Counted from the stretch's first letter, positions 1-15,093 are shown. The stretch is DNA of 64,000 bases from Octopus vulgaris (GCA_951406725.2 OX597824.1:26598001-26662000); one strand, 5' to 3'. Notes: generated by a model not told the origin, from the letters alone. Translations and numbers: made by a program.

Positions 1-96
1 AAGAATGAAGTTTACTTTCGCTGATGAGTTTTCCAATAAGAGCGAAATATAACCGCAGTTTTCTTCCGTACTTGCGGTATACTAAAAATATTATAC

Positions 97-503
97 AGGC
101 GTATGAGTGGCTGTGTGGTAAGTAGCTTGCTTACGAACCACATGGATCCGGGTTCAGTCCCACTGCGTGGCACATTGGGCAAGTGTCTTCTACTATAGCC
201 TCGGGCCGACCAAAACCTTGTGAGTGGATTTGGTCGACGGAAACTGAAAGAAGCCCGTCGTATATATGTATATATACATGTGTGTGTTTGAGTGTCTGTG
301 CATGTCCCCCTAACATCGCTTGACAACCGATGCTGGTGTGTTTACGCCCCGTAACTTAGCGGGTCGGCAAAAGAGACCGATAGAATAAGTACAAGGCTTA
401 CAACGAATAAGTCCTGGGGTCGATTTGCTCGACTAAATGCGGTGCTCCAGCATGGCCACAGTAAAATTACTGAAACAAGTAAGAGAGTAAAAGAGTAAAG
501 AGA
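97..503 (+). mobile_element. tRNA-derived SINE family A, near full length
   Basis: Head GGCTGTGTGGTAAG...GGTTCAGTCCC (A/B-box-like), an internal (TA)/(TG) microsatellite, and a 3' tail GCGGTGCTCCAGCATGGCC...(AAAGAGT)n. There are more than 12 copies in the window. Confidence 0.88.
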
Positions 504-581
504 GAGTGCCACGTATACATACATGTACACATAAACACACACATACATACACACAAACACATGCATACATATATACATACA

Positions 582-615
<34 letters not shown>

Positions 616-1131
616 AGGACATCTATGGACCATTGATAAAGAGTTTACAAATCCAGGACCCTAGCTACCCTTCGTACCTATTTTTATTGGAGCAACAGGA
701 TACAGACCAACATATTTGGGGCAAAGATTTGCTGAGATTGGGATCTTAGAGAAAAAAAATACAAATTATTAATTCCTATGCTACAAATGATCACGATATC
801 AGGGACTATAAAAAATTTCAAGACCTTCAAGGTTTACACAATTGTTTAAAACAAAATACTTTCACAAATTTGTTTCCAAGGATTAGGCCGGTCAGGATTT
901 ACTCTAAAATTAAAAAGGGAACGAGAACAGACACATTCTTACATTCATCCATCCATCCATCCATCCATCCATCCATCCATCCATCCATACATACATACAT
1001 ACATACATACATTCATACATACATACATACATACATACATACATACATACATACATACATACATACATACATAAATACATACATGAGACATACATACATA
1101 CATAAATACATACATGAGACATAAATACATA

Positions 1132-1590
1132 CCATGATAGATGGTTAGCCACTACACACATTTTTTCCCTCGTTGTTTTTTTGTGTCCCTTTCTGTTGAA
1201 GAGCGCAGGCTCGAAACGTAAATGACTTTTTCTATTTCTGAGCGCTATACTAATACATCTGTTTGTTTTGTACACCACCTGTCTGCGCCTTTTGTTTTTT
1301 TCTTCGTAAACTCTCCCCATACATACATACATACATACATACATACATACATACATACATACATACATCCATCCATCCATACATACATGAGACGCCATGA
1401 TAGATTGTTAGCCACTACACACATTTTTTCTCTCCTTGTTTCTCTCCTTGTTTTTTTGTGTCCCTTTCTGTAGAAGAGCGCAGGCTCGAAACGTAAAAGA
1501 CTTTTTCTATTTCTGAGCGTTATACTAATACATCTGTTTGTTTTGTACTCCACCTGTCTTCGCCTTTTGTTTTTTTTCGTAAACCCTCCC
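1132..1590 (+). mobile_element. Tandem pair of ~190-bp hammerhead-containing elements (retrozyme/Penelope-pLTR-like family C)
   Basis: Two copies (1132-1318 and 1391-1590) separated by (CATA)n. Each contains CTGTWGA-A-GAGC-gcag-GCTC-GAAAC-GTA. Confidence 0.75.
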
Positions 1591-1616
1591 CATACATACA
1601 TACATACATACATACA

Positions 1617-1649
<33 letters not shown>

Positions 1650-1796
1650 GCGCACGCAGACACACACATCCACGTATATATAATTTTTGAAGTAGTATTG
1701 GTGACTGTTTGAGTTACAGATGTTTGTGCGATTACATCATGTTATGGACCGAAAACAGTCTTCACAGAATAAATTTATTAAAGTATTTTACGAAAC

Positions 1797-1966
1797 AGGC
1801 GTAAGAGTGGCTGTGTCCTAAGTAGCTTGCTTATGAACCACATGATTCCGGGTTCAGTCCCACTGCGTTGCACTTTGGGCAAGTGTCTTCTACTATAATC
1901 TCAGGCCAACCAAAGCCTTGTGAGTGGATTTGGTAGACGGTAACTGAAAGAAGCCTGTGGTATATA

Positions 1967-2012
<46 letters not shown>

Positions 2013-2215
2013 TGTGTGTGTATGTGATTGTGTGTCTGTGTTTGTCCCCCCCAACATCGCTTGACAACTGATGCTGGTGTGTTTACGTCCCCGTAACTTA
2101 GCGGTCCGGTAAAAGAGACCGATTGAATAAGTACTAGGCTTTTCTCTTGTACTTTAGCCTCGGGCCGACCCAAACCTCGAGAGTGGGTTTGGTAGACGGA
2201 AACTGAAAGACGCCC

Positions 2216-2277
<62 letters not shown>

Positions 2278-2517
2278 TGTATGTATGTATGTATGTATGT
2301 ATGTATGTATGTATGTGTGTGTGTATATGTTTGTTTCTCTGTGTTTGTCCTCCCGACATCGCTTGACAACCGAAGCTGGTGTGTTTACACACACGTAACT
2401 TAGCGGTTCGGCAAAAAATACCGATAGAAGAGGTCCTGGGGTCGATTTCCTCGACTAAAAGCGGTGCTCCATCATGGCCACAGTCAAATGACTGAAAAAG
2501 TAAAAAAAGTAAAAGAG
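1797..2517 (+). mobile_element. SINE family A with internal partial duplication
   Basis: A copy at 1797-2140 is followed by a second, 5'-truncated copy from ~2155 that ends in the tail. Confidence 0.85.
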
Positions 2518-2871
2518 CAAACAATTGTAAACATAGAATGAGTTCTATTACGTAATGAACTTGAAATTCCAACCGAAATTTAATTACAAAAATATTGGGG
2601 AACTTAAAAATGTTTCATTTTCCTCCGTCTAATGCGCGAAGTATAATACATGGCTGATGATAATACAATCAGATACATTATCGCAATCACCTTGCCAATT
2701 TTCCATGGTTAATCGCTTACCGGATTGTAACACGTTTTCTGAGGGTTTATGAATGTTTGTTCCTTCTCGAGCCATGTCGGGCTCATAGGGCCGGTTTCCC
2801 GGTTTCATTGGCGTATAGGTTCCCCACCTGGACGGGAAGCCAGTCCGTCGCAGATGAGCTGCTAGATGCAG

Positions 2872-4703
2872 TTGCTCGAAATTACACCAGTGGATAGTTG
2901 ATCGAATTTACACCAGTGGACATTTGATAGAATTTTCGCTAGTGGACAGTTTATCGAATTTTTTCTAGTGGACAGTTGTTCGAATTTGCACAAACAGACA
3001 GTTGATCGAAATTACACAAATGGACAGTTGATCGAATTTATACCAGCGGACAGTTGATCGAATTTGTGATAATGGATAGTCGATCGAATTTTTGCTAGTG
3101 TACAGGTGATCGAATTTGCACAAGTGGACAGTTGATCGAATTTTTCTTTGTGGACAGTTGATCGAATTTTCGCTAGTAGACAGTTGATCGAATTTGAACT
3201 AGTGGACAGTTGATCGAATTTACACCCGTGAACAGTTCATCGATTTTTTGCTAGTAGACAGTTGATCGAATTTTCGCTAGTGGACAGTTGATCGAATTTG
3301 CAAAAGTAGACAATTGATCGAATTTACACCAGTGGACACTTGATCGAATTTTCACTAGTGGACAGTTGATCGAATTTTTTCTGGTGGATGTTGATAGTAT
3401 TTGCACAACTAGACAGTTGATCGAAATTAGACCAGTGGACAGTTGATCGAATTTATACCAGCGGACAGTTGATCGAATTTGTAATAATAGACAGTTGATC
3501 GAATTTTCGCTAGTGGACAGTTGATCGAATTTCTTCGAGTGAACAGTTGATCGAATATTCACTAGTGGACAGCTGATCGAATTTGCACAAGTAGACAATT
3601 GATCGAATTTACACCAGTGGACTGTGGATCGAATTTACACCAGTGGAAGACGATCGAATTTTTGCTAGTGGACAGTTGATCGAATTTACACCAGTGGACA
3701 GTTGATCGAATTTTTGGCAGTGGACAGTTGATCGATTTTGCATAAGTTGACCGAATTTACACAAATAGACAATTGATCGAATTTACACCAGTGGAGAATC
3801 GATCGAATGTACACCAGCGGACATTTGATCGAATTTGTGCTAATGGACAGTTGATCGAATTTGCGCTAGTAGATAGTTGATCGAATATTCGCTAGTAGAC
3901 AGTTGATCAAATTTTCGCCAGTATACAGTTGATCGAAATTTTTATTTGTGAACAATTGATCGAATTTCCACCAGTGGACAGTTGATCGAATTTTCGCTAG
4001 ATCACAGTTGATCAAATTGACACCAGAGGAGAGTGGATCGAATTGCCGCTAGTGGACAGTTGATCGAATTTACACCAGAGGGCAGTTGATCAAATTTTCG
4101 CTAGTGGACAGTTGATCGAATTTTTGATAGTGGACAGTTGATCGAAATTGCGATAATGGACAGATAATCGAAATTGCGATAATGGACAGTTGATCGAAAG
4201 TTTGTTAGTGGACAGTTGATCTAATTTTCGCTAGTGGACAGTTTATCGAATTTGCTCACGTGGACAGTTGATCGAATTTACACCTATGGACAGTCGATCG
4301 AATTTTGGCTTGTGGACAGTTGATCGAATTTTCGCTAGTGGACAGTTGATCGAATTTTTTCTAGTGGACAGTTGGTCGATATTGCGATAATGGACAGTTA
4401 ATCGAATTTTCGCTAGCGGACAGTTGATCGAATTTGCACCAGAGGACAGCTGATCATATTTTCGCTAGTGAACAGTTGATCGAATTTTCGTTAGTGGACA
4501 GTTGATCGAATATTCGCTAGTGAACAGTTTATCGAATTTACACCAGTGGACAGTTGATCGAATTTTCGCTTGTGGACAGTTTATCGAATTTACACCAGAG
4601 GACAGTTTATCGAATTTTCGCTAGTGGACAGTTGATCGATTTTTTTAGAGGACAGTTGATCGAATTTTCGCTAGTAGACAGTTTAACAAATATTCGCTAG
4701 TGT
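2872..4703. repeat. 26-bp minisatellite, ~70 units
   Basis: The unit is GTGGACAGTTGATCGAATT plus a variable ~7 nt (TTCGCTA, TACACCA, TGCACAA, TTTTCTA, TGCGATA), tandem over ~1.83 kb. Confidence 0.95.
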
Positions 4704-5379
4704 ATTTGTCCTCTACCACTGCTTGACTACTGGTGCTGGTGTTTATATTCTCACAACTTAACAATTCGTTAATAGAGACCAATAGGATAAATAGCAGGTT
4801 TAAAATAAAAGGACTGTGGTCGATTCATTAGACTAAAATTCTTCAATGAGGTGCCGGAGAATGGCCGCTGTCGAATGACTGAAACAGGTACAAAGGTAAT
4901 ACAAGAAAAATAAAATCAGCGTTCAAGAGAGATGCCATGTCCGTGGTTAGGTAACTTAATAGCTTTGTTTTATTGTTTCTAATCATAGCCGATCTTTGTT
5001 ACTCCTCATCTATTTCCAGCAGTCTCGGAGCGCTATGTAGGTTACTCAAGTTTTGAAATTATCATCTGAATAAACCACAGAAAAAAAGACAAAAAAACAA
5101 AAGCAAAAACCATAACTCGTAATTTTTCTAGTGAAAATTTAAAACTGTGGATGGAAACATTTCATCCAGTTCCCAAAGAACCTCCACGCTCCAATGGATA
5201 CGCTAAAAGCGCGATTGAATAGGCTTGAATATGGATTTAACGTCGGAAATCACAAGAAGGCTAGTAGAAGAGCAATACTATTTAATAGTCAGGGTATCGT
5301 TATCTTTGAGGGTTCCACAAACGGCCTAAGGTTATCGTTTTCCTATCCTTTTCGAAAAAAATCGAAATATATCATTATA

Positions 5380-5444
<65 letters not shown>

Positions 5445-5830
5445 ATATACGTATATATATGTGCTTTTACAACTGCCCTTTTCTATCGCACTCTGTATAA
5501 AATCACCACGATTTTCAAATTTCTCCTTGTTGTGTAGCCACCCCATTTATCCCTGTCCCTTAGGGAAACGTAGCAAAAATAAATGCCACATATTGTAATA
5601 GTAATAATAGTAATAAACAACAATAATAATAATAATAATAATAATAATAGTAATAATAATAATAATAATGATAATAATAATAATAATAATAATAATAATG
5701 TTAATAATGATAATAATAATAATTATTATTATTATTATTATTAATAATATTATATGAATATTACTTTTAATATTATATCCTCATCATCAGAATCGTTCTC
5801 CTCTTCATCTTTATGGTTGTTGTTATTATT

Positions 5831-5902
<72 letters not shown>

Positions 5903-6062
5903 CACTACCACTACTACTATGTTTGTATCAAATATTCATTGATATATTGATATATACGTAAAAAAATTCTTTTCTGGTGTAATTTCTTTTCTGCGATTAT
6001 TCAGATGTGATGACTTTGTCAATTGTGGCCAGGAATGAGCTAACACACACAGACATATATGC

Positions 6063-6135
<73 letters not shown>

Positions 6136-6430
6136 CGCATATATGTTTGTGTGTGTACATATGTATACATATATATATACATACATACATACATATATAT
6201 ATATATACATATATAAACACATATATATATTTATATATATATATCTACTCACACACACACACACACATATGTACATATATATATATATATATATATTTAT
6301 ATACAAACATACATACGTAATAATACACAATTTTACACACACACAGACGGACGGGGACACACACATTCACGCAGACACACATACACACAAGGACGGATTT
6401 TCCTTCTAGCGGAAGAGATAGATGTTATGT

Positions 6431-6641
6431 TTATATACAATATGAAAATATGAATAAAGCACAAAAAAACAACAAAAAAAAAACAAATAGATTAAAAAAT
6501 ACAAAAATCAAAAATGAAAACCAAAAACAAAACAAGCACCCAAAAAAGGCAAAGTACGGACAAAAAATGTACAAAAAATAAAACAAAAGGTAAAATAAAC
6601 AAAACACAAAGCAAGAACAAGTAAAAAAAAATATATGTATG

Positions 6642-6683
<42 letters not shown>

Positions 6684-6704
6684 TATACATATATATATAC
6701 ATAC

Positions 6705-6738
<34 letters not shown>

Positions 6739-6767
6739 GCATATATATATATATATATATATATAAA

Positions 6768-6820
<53 letters not shown>

Positions 6821-7269
6821 GTATGTATAGATGTATAAGCACATAATTCTTTATATATGATAGAAATGGAAGACCGAAATATCAGCATTTGGTAATTCAG
6901 ACATCGTGAGAAATATAATAATGGTCCGCTAAGATAGAGGTGATGTATTGAAGAATATGGTATTTGCTTGTAGAATTATTGGTGCTTGCTGATTATGACA
7001 CAAACAGAGGGACACATTCACACACATAAACAAATGCACAAGCACACTAATACACATACATCCGCAAACAAATATGTCATTATCTTTCAGTGTATGTATG
7101 TATGTGTACATGTACATACATACATATATAAAAATATATTTTCGTACAGATATGTTTTATGTATACGTTATTTATTCATATATATATAAGGTATTAATAT
7201 GATATATATATTGATAAAATGGCGTATATACTTTAATAAATACATATCCATATCCATATCAATATATAT

Positions 7270-7307
<38 letters not shown>

Positions 7308-7341
7308 GCATGGGTATGTGTGTTTGTGTGTATGTAAAGAC

Positions 7342-7399
<58 letters not shown>

Positions 7400-7850
7400 G
7401 TGAATATCTATATATAATGTATTTATATTTACATATGTACTGAGATATATTTTTTATTAATATAGATGTATTTATATTTCCGAGAATCGATCGCCATACA
7501 TATTTTCTATATTGATTTAATCATGTCTCTCAGTATCAAATTAATAACACAAAAAAGAAACACCGACAAAAAACAAATTACATACACACATATACAAATA
7601 TATTTATATATATGTTTATACGTGTACTAACGCGCGTGCGTGCGTTATATACACATATGAAAATATGAATAAAGCACAAAAAAACAACAAAAAAAAACAA
7701 ATAGATTAAAAAATACAAAAATCAAAAATGAAAACCAAAAACAAAACAAGCACCCAAAAAAGGCAAATACGGACAAAAAATGTACAAAAAATAAAACAAA
7801 ATAAAATAAACAAAACACAAAGCAAGAAGAGTAAAAAAAATATATGTATG

Positions 7851-7890
<40 letters not shown>

Positions 7891-7915
7891 TATACATATA
7901 TATATACATACATAC

Positions 7916-7967
<52 letters not shown>

Positions 7968-7970
7968 CAA

Positions 7971-8042
<72 letters not shown>

Positions 8043-8487
8043 GTATAGTTGTATAAGCACATAATTCTTTATATATGATAGAAATGGAAGACCGAAATAT
8101 CAGCATTTGGTAATTCAGACATCGTGAGAAATATAATAATGGTCCGCTAAGATAGAGGTGATGTATTGAAGAATATGGTATTTGCTTGTAGAATTATTGG
8201 TGCTTGCTGATTATGACACAAACAGAGGGACACATTCACACACATAAACAAATGCACAAGCACACTAATACACATACATCCGCAAACAAATATGTCATTA
8301 TCTTTCAGTGTATGTATGTATGTGTACATGTACATACATACATATATAAAAATATATTTTCGTACAGATATGTTTTATGTATACGTTATTTATTCATATA
8401 TATATAAGGTATTAATATGATATATATATTGATAAAATGGCGTATATACTTTAATAAATACATATCCATATCCATATCAATATATAT

Positions 8488-8528
<41 letters not shown>

Positions 8529-8569
8529 TGGGCATGTGTGTTTGTGTGTATGTAAAGACATATATATAT

Positions 8570-8623
<54 letters not shown>

Positions 8624-8868
8624 GCGAATATCTATATATAATGTATTTATATTTACATATGTACTGAGATATATTTTTTATTAATATAGATGTATTTATA
8701 TTTCCGAGAATCGATCGCCATACATATTTTCTATATTGATTTAATCATGTCTCTCAGTATCAAATTAATAACACAAAAAAGAAACACCGACAAAAAACAA
8801 ATTACATACACACATATACAAATATATTTATATATATGTTTATACATGTACTAACTGCGTGCGTGCGT
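6431..8868. repeat. ~1.2-kb direct tandem duplication (6431-7644 / 7645-8868)
   Basis: Unique segments repeat nearly verbatim (identical ORFs at 6929-7117 and 8147-8335). Differences are mostly microsatellite lengths and small indels. Confidence 0.93.
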
Positions 8869-9840
8869 GCACACACACACACTTACACATACACATATAT
8901 GAATGAATGTATGTATATATATATACATATATAAATCCCAAAAGAGCAAGGACATCAAAAAAGAAGATATAATAAACAAATATTAAAAAAATATCATACA
9001 ACGATACATGAAAACTATCATCAACAACAACAACAACATCAACAAAAACAACAATAGCAATAAAAGAAACACCACTTCACCCAAAAACATGAAGAGCAGC
9101 AGAAAAAAACACACCAATACAACAAAGAAAACGATAAGAAAAAATATATTATATACAGCAAGATACTACAAAAATATAGACGTATATATTATATATATAT
9201 ATATGTAAATATGAAATGATTGTATATAAAAATATAATAGAGGCGAGTAAGGAATGGCTATTTGTGCCGCTGTCGAAGAGGATACTGCAATAAATATAAT
9301 GGTTATCATATATAAGTTTATATCACATCTTTGTTGAGAACTCTTCAGAAAAATTTTCGGGTCATTTTGAGGTTCAGCACAAAGAAAGGATTGTGTAACG
9401 AATATTATTAGTAATAGAGATATATAACTACAAAACACACCCACCACATACCGACATATATATATATATGTATATATGCGTGTATTTAAGGTCGTATTTA
9501 TACAAATAGAAACAAGTATATTTGATCGTGTCCTCGACTATATTCTTTGCTAATATTCAATGTTGGGAGTAATGCAATAACACCATTGTACAAACATTGA
9601 TAACATAATAATATATGTATATATAATAACCCGTTACAACCAACACTCACACACACACACACACGTACCTATACAGATAAGCACAACCCACCACCCCCTA
9701 CTCGAATACCTCCACATATGGAATCGCAAGACACATGCGTATATGAATATATAAATTATATTTTTTGTGTACGTTTGTATACACACATGTAATTATATAT
9801 ATATATATATATATGCAGATACATGCATACATACATATAA

Positions 9841-9902
<62 letters not shown>

Positions 9903-10215
9903 TTATGTATATATATTTGTGTGTGTTTGTGTGGAGAATGAAACACTATTTAGGTGTGTATATGAGACATAATGTAGAATACATAACTTGTATACACTCC
10001 ATCTTTTGTACTCTTACATGTACACATTCACACACTTATGCATCCAAACCACCTGCACACACACGCGCACACGCACACACACGCGCACACATACACACAC
10101 ACTGCGCGCACACAGCCAACATTTGGTAGGAAAAGTATATTTGTAAATCTCAAAATGAAAAAAAACTGCGTAGTTATACAGATAAATTGTTTTATATATA
10201 TACAATTACACATAC

Positions 10216-10246
<31 letters not shown>

Positions 10247-10572
10247 CATGTACGTATGTGTATGTATCAATATATATATATATATATATGTATGTAAATA
10301 TATATATGTATGTATGTATATATATATATATATATATATACATATATATACGTATATGTTTATATATGTATGTGTGTATGTATATACGTTGAAAGAAATA
10401 TGGAAGCAATAATGAATAACAGATAGATAGACGGATAGATTACGAAATAACTAGATAAATAACTATAGAGACAGATAGATAGATAGATAGAAGGAGAGAT
10501 ATATACATACATGTATAAAGCGATTGGAAAAGAGGAAGATGAATGTGTTTAGAGAACGACTGATATATCGAC

Positions 10573-10644
<72 letters not shown>

Positions 10645-11024
10645 AGAGAGAATGAAATAGAATGCTAGAGACATAGGCCGGTAGGAAGATGGTGATAAAG
10701 TGAGAATTTGTGAAAGGTGTAATGAAGAATTATATTGAATAAAACGAAATGGGACAACATGTAAAATGAGAGCAAGAGAGAGAGATAGAGAGAGAGAAAG
10801 AGAGATACAGAGACAGAGCGAAAGAGAGGGAGAGAAAGAGAGAGAGATATATACAAAGGTAGAGCGTAAGAGATAAAAGAGAGAAAGAGAGAAAGACTCA
10901 AAAAACGATAGTGAAAGCAGTATAAGTGAGGAAGACGTAGAGAATAATGAAAACATTGAGAGAGTGCGTCGTGTGTGTGTGTACACATGTGTATGTATAT
11001 ATACATACATATATATATATTATG

Positions 11025-11060
<36 letters not shown>

Positions 11061-11547
11061 CATAATATATATATGTATGTATATATATACATACATATAT
11101 ATATATTATGTATATATATATATATATGTATATACATATATGCATTTATATGTATATATATATGTATGTTTATATATGTGTATGTATATATATATATATA
11201 TATGCGATTTAAAAACATCAATGTATATCATATATGTATATATATATAAGATTTACCCACACACATATATTATTTACACTCATATATTGAATATATTTAT
11301 ACATATATATATGTATACACGCACTCAAATATATTTGTAATGTGTAGAAATGTAGAAATAAAAAGAAGGTAATGAATTGTAGAATGAGAATAAAGTAGGG
11401 GAGATAACACGAGAAGAGACGAGAGATAAATAAAAGAGCCGGCACAGGTACACAACAACAACAACAACAACAACACTGCAATGATATTAATAATAATAAT
11501 TATAAAAACAACAGTAGTAATAATAATAGTAATAATGGTAACGATTG

Positions 11548-11591
<44 letters not shown>

Positions 11592-11608
11592 GTGATGACG
11601 ATGATGAC

Positions 11609-11639
<31 letters not shown>

Positions 11640-11675
11640 ATGATGATGATGATGATTATGAGGATGATGGTGATG

Positions 11676-11724
<49 letters not shown>

Positions 11725-12257
11725 TAATAACCGCATAACCACAATAAAAATATAAATTAAGACGAACTGCGAATGAAATTGTGAATGAAGAGGAGAGAAA
11801 GAAGTTAGATAATGAGAAAGAGAGAGAGAGAGAGGGGCGGAGAGAGAGAGAGAGATAAACGAAAAGACCAAAGAAACTCCAATATTCATAGAATATACAC
11901 ATAAATAAACAACATGTCTCACCCCGCACCAAAAAAAAAAAAATAAATAACATAAACAATGATACATAAAAATCAAACAGAAGAAAAAAAGCAACAAAAT
12001 ATAAAAACAAAGAAACAAAAAGATAACGGCAAAAAAGTACCAAAAAAAACGTCTCTCGCACTGCCCACCACCCCGCCACCCAACCAACCTTCTCTCCAAA
12101 ATAATCAAAAGCTTAATCCGAAACATATCCTACAACGACGCAAACAAAAAAAACATAATGAAAGACAAGGACATTATATATATATATATATATATATACA
12201 TACATACGTATATATATGCATGTATATATATATATATATATCTATTCATATACACAT

Positions 12258-12303
<46 letters not shown>

Positions 12304-13098
12304 GTATATATATATACATATACATATATATATATACACACATACATATATACTTTATATGTATATGTATGTGCACATATATATAGATACATACTTGTAT
12401 ATATATATAAGTATATATATTTATGTTTATATATATATATATATATATATGCATAATATATATATATATATATAATACATATATATATGTGCATAATATA
12501 TATATATATAATATATATTTATATATATATGTGTATAATATATATATGTATAATATATATATATATATATGTATATATGTATATATATGTCGTATCGCCA
12601 ATACAAAGTGGCTATTTCTATATTAGATATATTTCGTGGGCTATTATGTGAAAAAAAATATATATGAGTCATAAAAGCTTTGTAATTCTACATAGGTGTG
12701 ATATAATAATGCCAGAGAAGAGAAAAATCTCATATCCTATATTTCGTTGATACATTAGCTGCACACCATTTGCTTTGTAGACATTAGCGGCAAGTAATTT
12801 ACTCACTAGACCCGACAAATCTAGCAACAATTCCCGTCGGTAGCCATCTTGATTTTCTTTATCTCTCTCTCTCTCTCTCTCTTTCTCTTTCTTTTACCCT
12901 ATTCTCTATCCCTCCCTTTTTTCTCTCTGTCTCTATATCACGGGCGCTCTCTGTTCTGTTCACCCATCCTCTTTTCTACGCTCTGTATACACACATAAAC
13001 ACACGCACGCTCATACACATATATATATATACAAATACAGAAACATGTTTTTTTAATATATTTTGTGCCTGCGTGATTATATTTGTATGTCTATCTCT

Positions 13099-13164
<66 letters not shown>

Positions 13165-13266
13165 ATATGCATATACATACATATATACATACATACATAA
13201 ATATATAATGTATGTATATGCATGTATATGTCTCCCTGCCTCTTTCTTTGTGTGTGTATATATAAG

Positions 13267-13324
<58 letters not shown>

Positions 13325-13542
13325 CACACACACGTACTTCAATTATCTTTTTAAATGCATAAAATTTTAAATCTAAATGCAAATTTAAATGCACATATAT
13401 GTATGTGCAATTGCTTGTATGTGTATATATATATATATACATACATACATATATATACTTGTGTTTTTCTGTGTGTAAATTTTCTATCCGTCTGTCTGTG
13501 TTTGACAGTATAAGTTCTACCTATGTACATACATTCTGCCCA

Positions 13543-13670
<128 letters not shown>

Positions 13671-13699
13671 ATCTATCTATCTATCTATGTTTTATCTTG

Positions 13700-14482
13700 T
13701 AGTCTTTTAGTCGTTTGACAAGGACCTAAGGCGGGGGTGCAATGCATTGAAAAATTTTTAGTCGAACGAATTGCCCTTAGTACTTACGTAGTTTTAAAGC
13801 CTGTTACTTACTCTATTGATATCTTTTGACGCACTAAGTTACGGAGGAGAGAATCAAACGAACACCAGTTTTGAAGTGATTGTGGAGGATAAAAGCAGAC
13901 ACACAAACTGATAAACATATGCACACAAACACACATACACACACACACACTCACACACACACGAGAAGTTCGTTTCAGTTTCTTAATTCTTTATTGCCCA
14001 CAGGGGGCTAAGCATACAGGGGACAAACAAGGACAGAAAAACGGATTAAGTCGATTATATCGACCCCAGTGCGTAACTGGTACTTAATTTATCGTCCTCG
14101 AAAGAGTGAAAGGCAAAGTCAACCTTGGCGGAATTTGAACTCAGAACGTAACGGCAAACGAAATACCTATTTCTTCACTACCCACAAGGGGCTAAGCACA
14201 GAGAGGACAAACAAGGACAGACAAACGAATTAAGTCGATTATATCGACCCCAGTGCGTAACTGGTACTTAATTTATCGACCCCGAAAGGATGAAAGGCAA
14301 AGTCGACCATGGCGGAATTTGAACTCAGAATGTAACGGCAGACGAAATACCGCTAAGCATTTCGCCCGGCGTGCTAACGTTTCTGCCAGCTTAAGTTCCT
14401 TTCAGTTTCTGTGTACCAAATTCCCTCACACGGCTTCAGTCAGCTCGAGGCTATTGTAGAAAACACTTGCCCATGATACCAC
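13700..14482 (-). mobile_element. SINE family A with nested family B dimer (13983-14392)
   Basis: The A body is interrupted at TTTCAGTTTC, which is present on both sides (13973-13982 and 14400-14409). Confidence 0.8.
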
Positions 14483-15093
14483 TAACTTTTACTTGTTTCT
14501 GAAGATATATTCAATATTTAAAAATTCCGTTCGTCTTGCATTTACCATTAACTCTATGTCTCCACCTCTTCTGCTCCTTCTGGCCCTTTTGATAATTATC
14601 GTTGTCATTATCTTCAATATTTTTGTTTCCATATCTATTATTCATAATTATCGCTATCGTCATCGTGGTTGTCGTCGTCGTCGTCATCATCATCGCTGTC
14701 ATCACAATCACTAATAAATCGACTAGTAACTACCCAGCCACCATCAGCGACATCTTTATGATAGCGCTCCTCCTCCTCCTCCTCTTCGTCATCATCATAA
14801 TCGTTATCGTCATCGTAGTTGTCGTCGTCATCGTCATCATCACCGTCACCACCACCACCACCACCACCACCACCACCATCGTGGTGATCATTAGTAACAT
14901 CGTCATCAACATCGTTAGAAAAATACGTACATGCATGCATTCATAAATACATACATACATATACACATGCACATATCCTCATGCATACGGATTGATTAAA
15001 ATGAATATATAGCGATATTAGACACACAAAAAACAAATACATTTATACATACATATACATATACATACATAAATACATACATTCATGCATACA

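Noticed and set aside
97-170. tRNA genes at SINE heads
   Set aside because: A/B-box-like motifs are present, but there is no full cloverleaf and the sequence continues into SINE bodies.
3251-3598. Cys/His-containing repeat protein (zinc-finger-like) ORF
   Set aside because: The 26-aa periodicity is just three 26-bp units. There is no C2H2 spacing, and stops occur elsewhere in the array.
2872-4703. CRISPR-like repeat/spacer array
   Set aside because: The variable parts are only ~7 nt and recur, the repeats are degenerate, the context is eukaryotic, and there are no cas genes.
5194-5598. 134-aa ORF with unique N-terminal half
   Set aside because: It crosses a (TA)n tract and has no recognisable homology.
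9166-9447. Signal-peptide-like 93-aa ORF
   Set aside because: Non-ATG start, no recognisable domain, and it runs into (TA)n. Kept only as a possible exon island.
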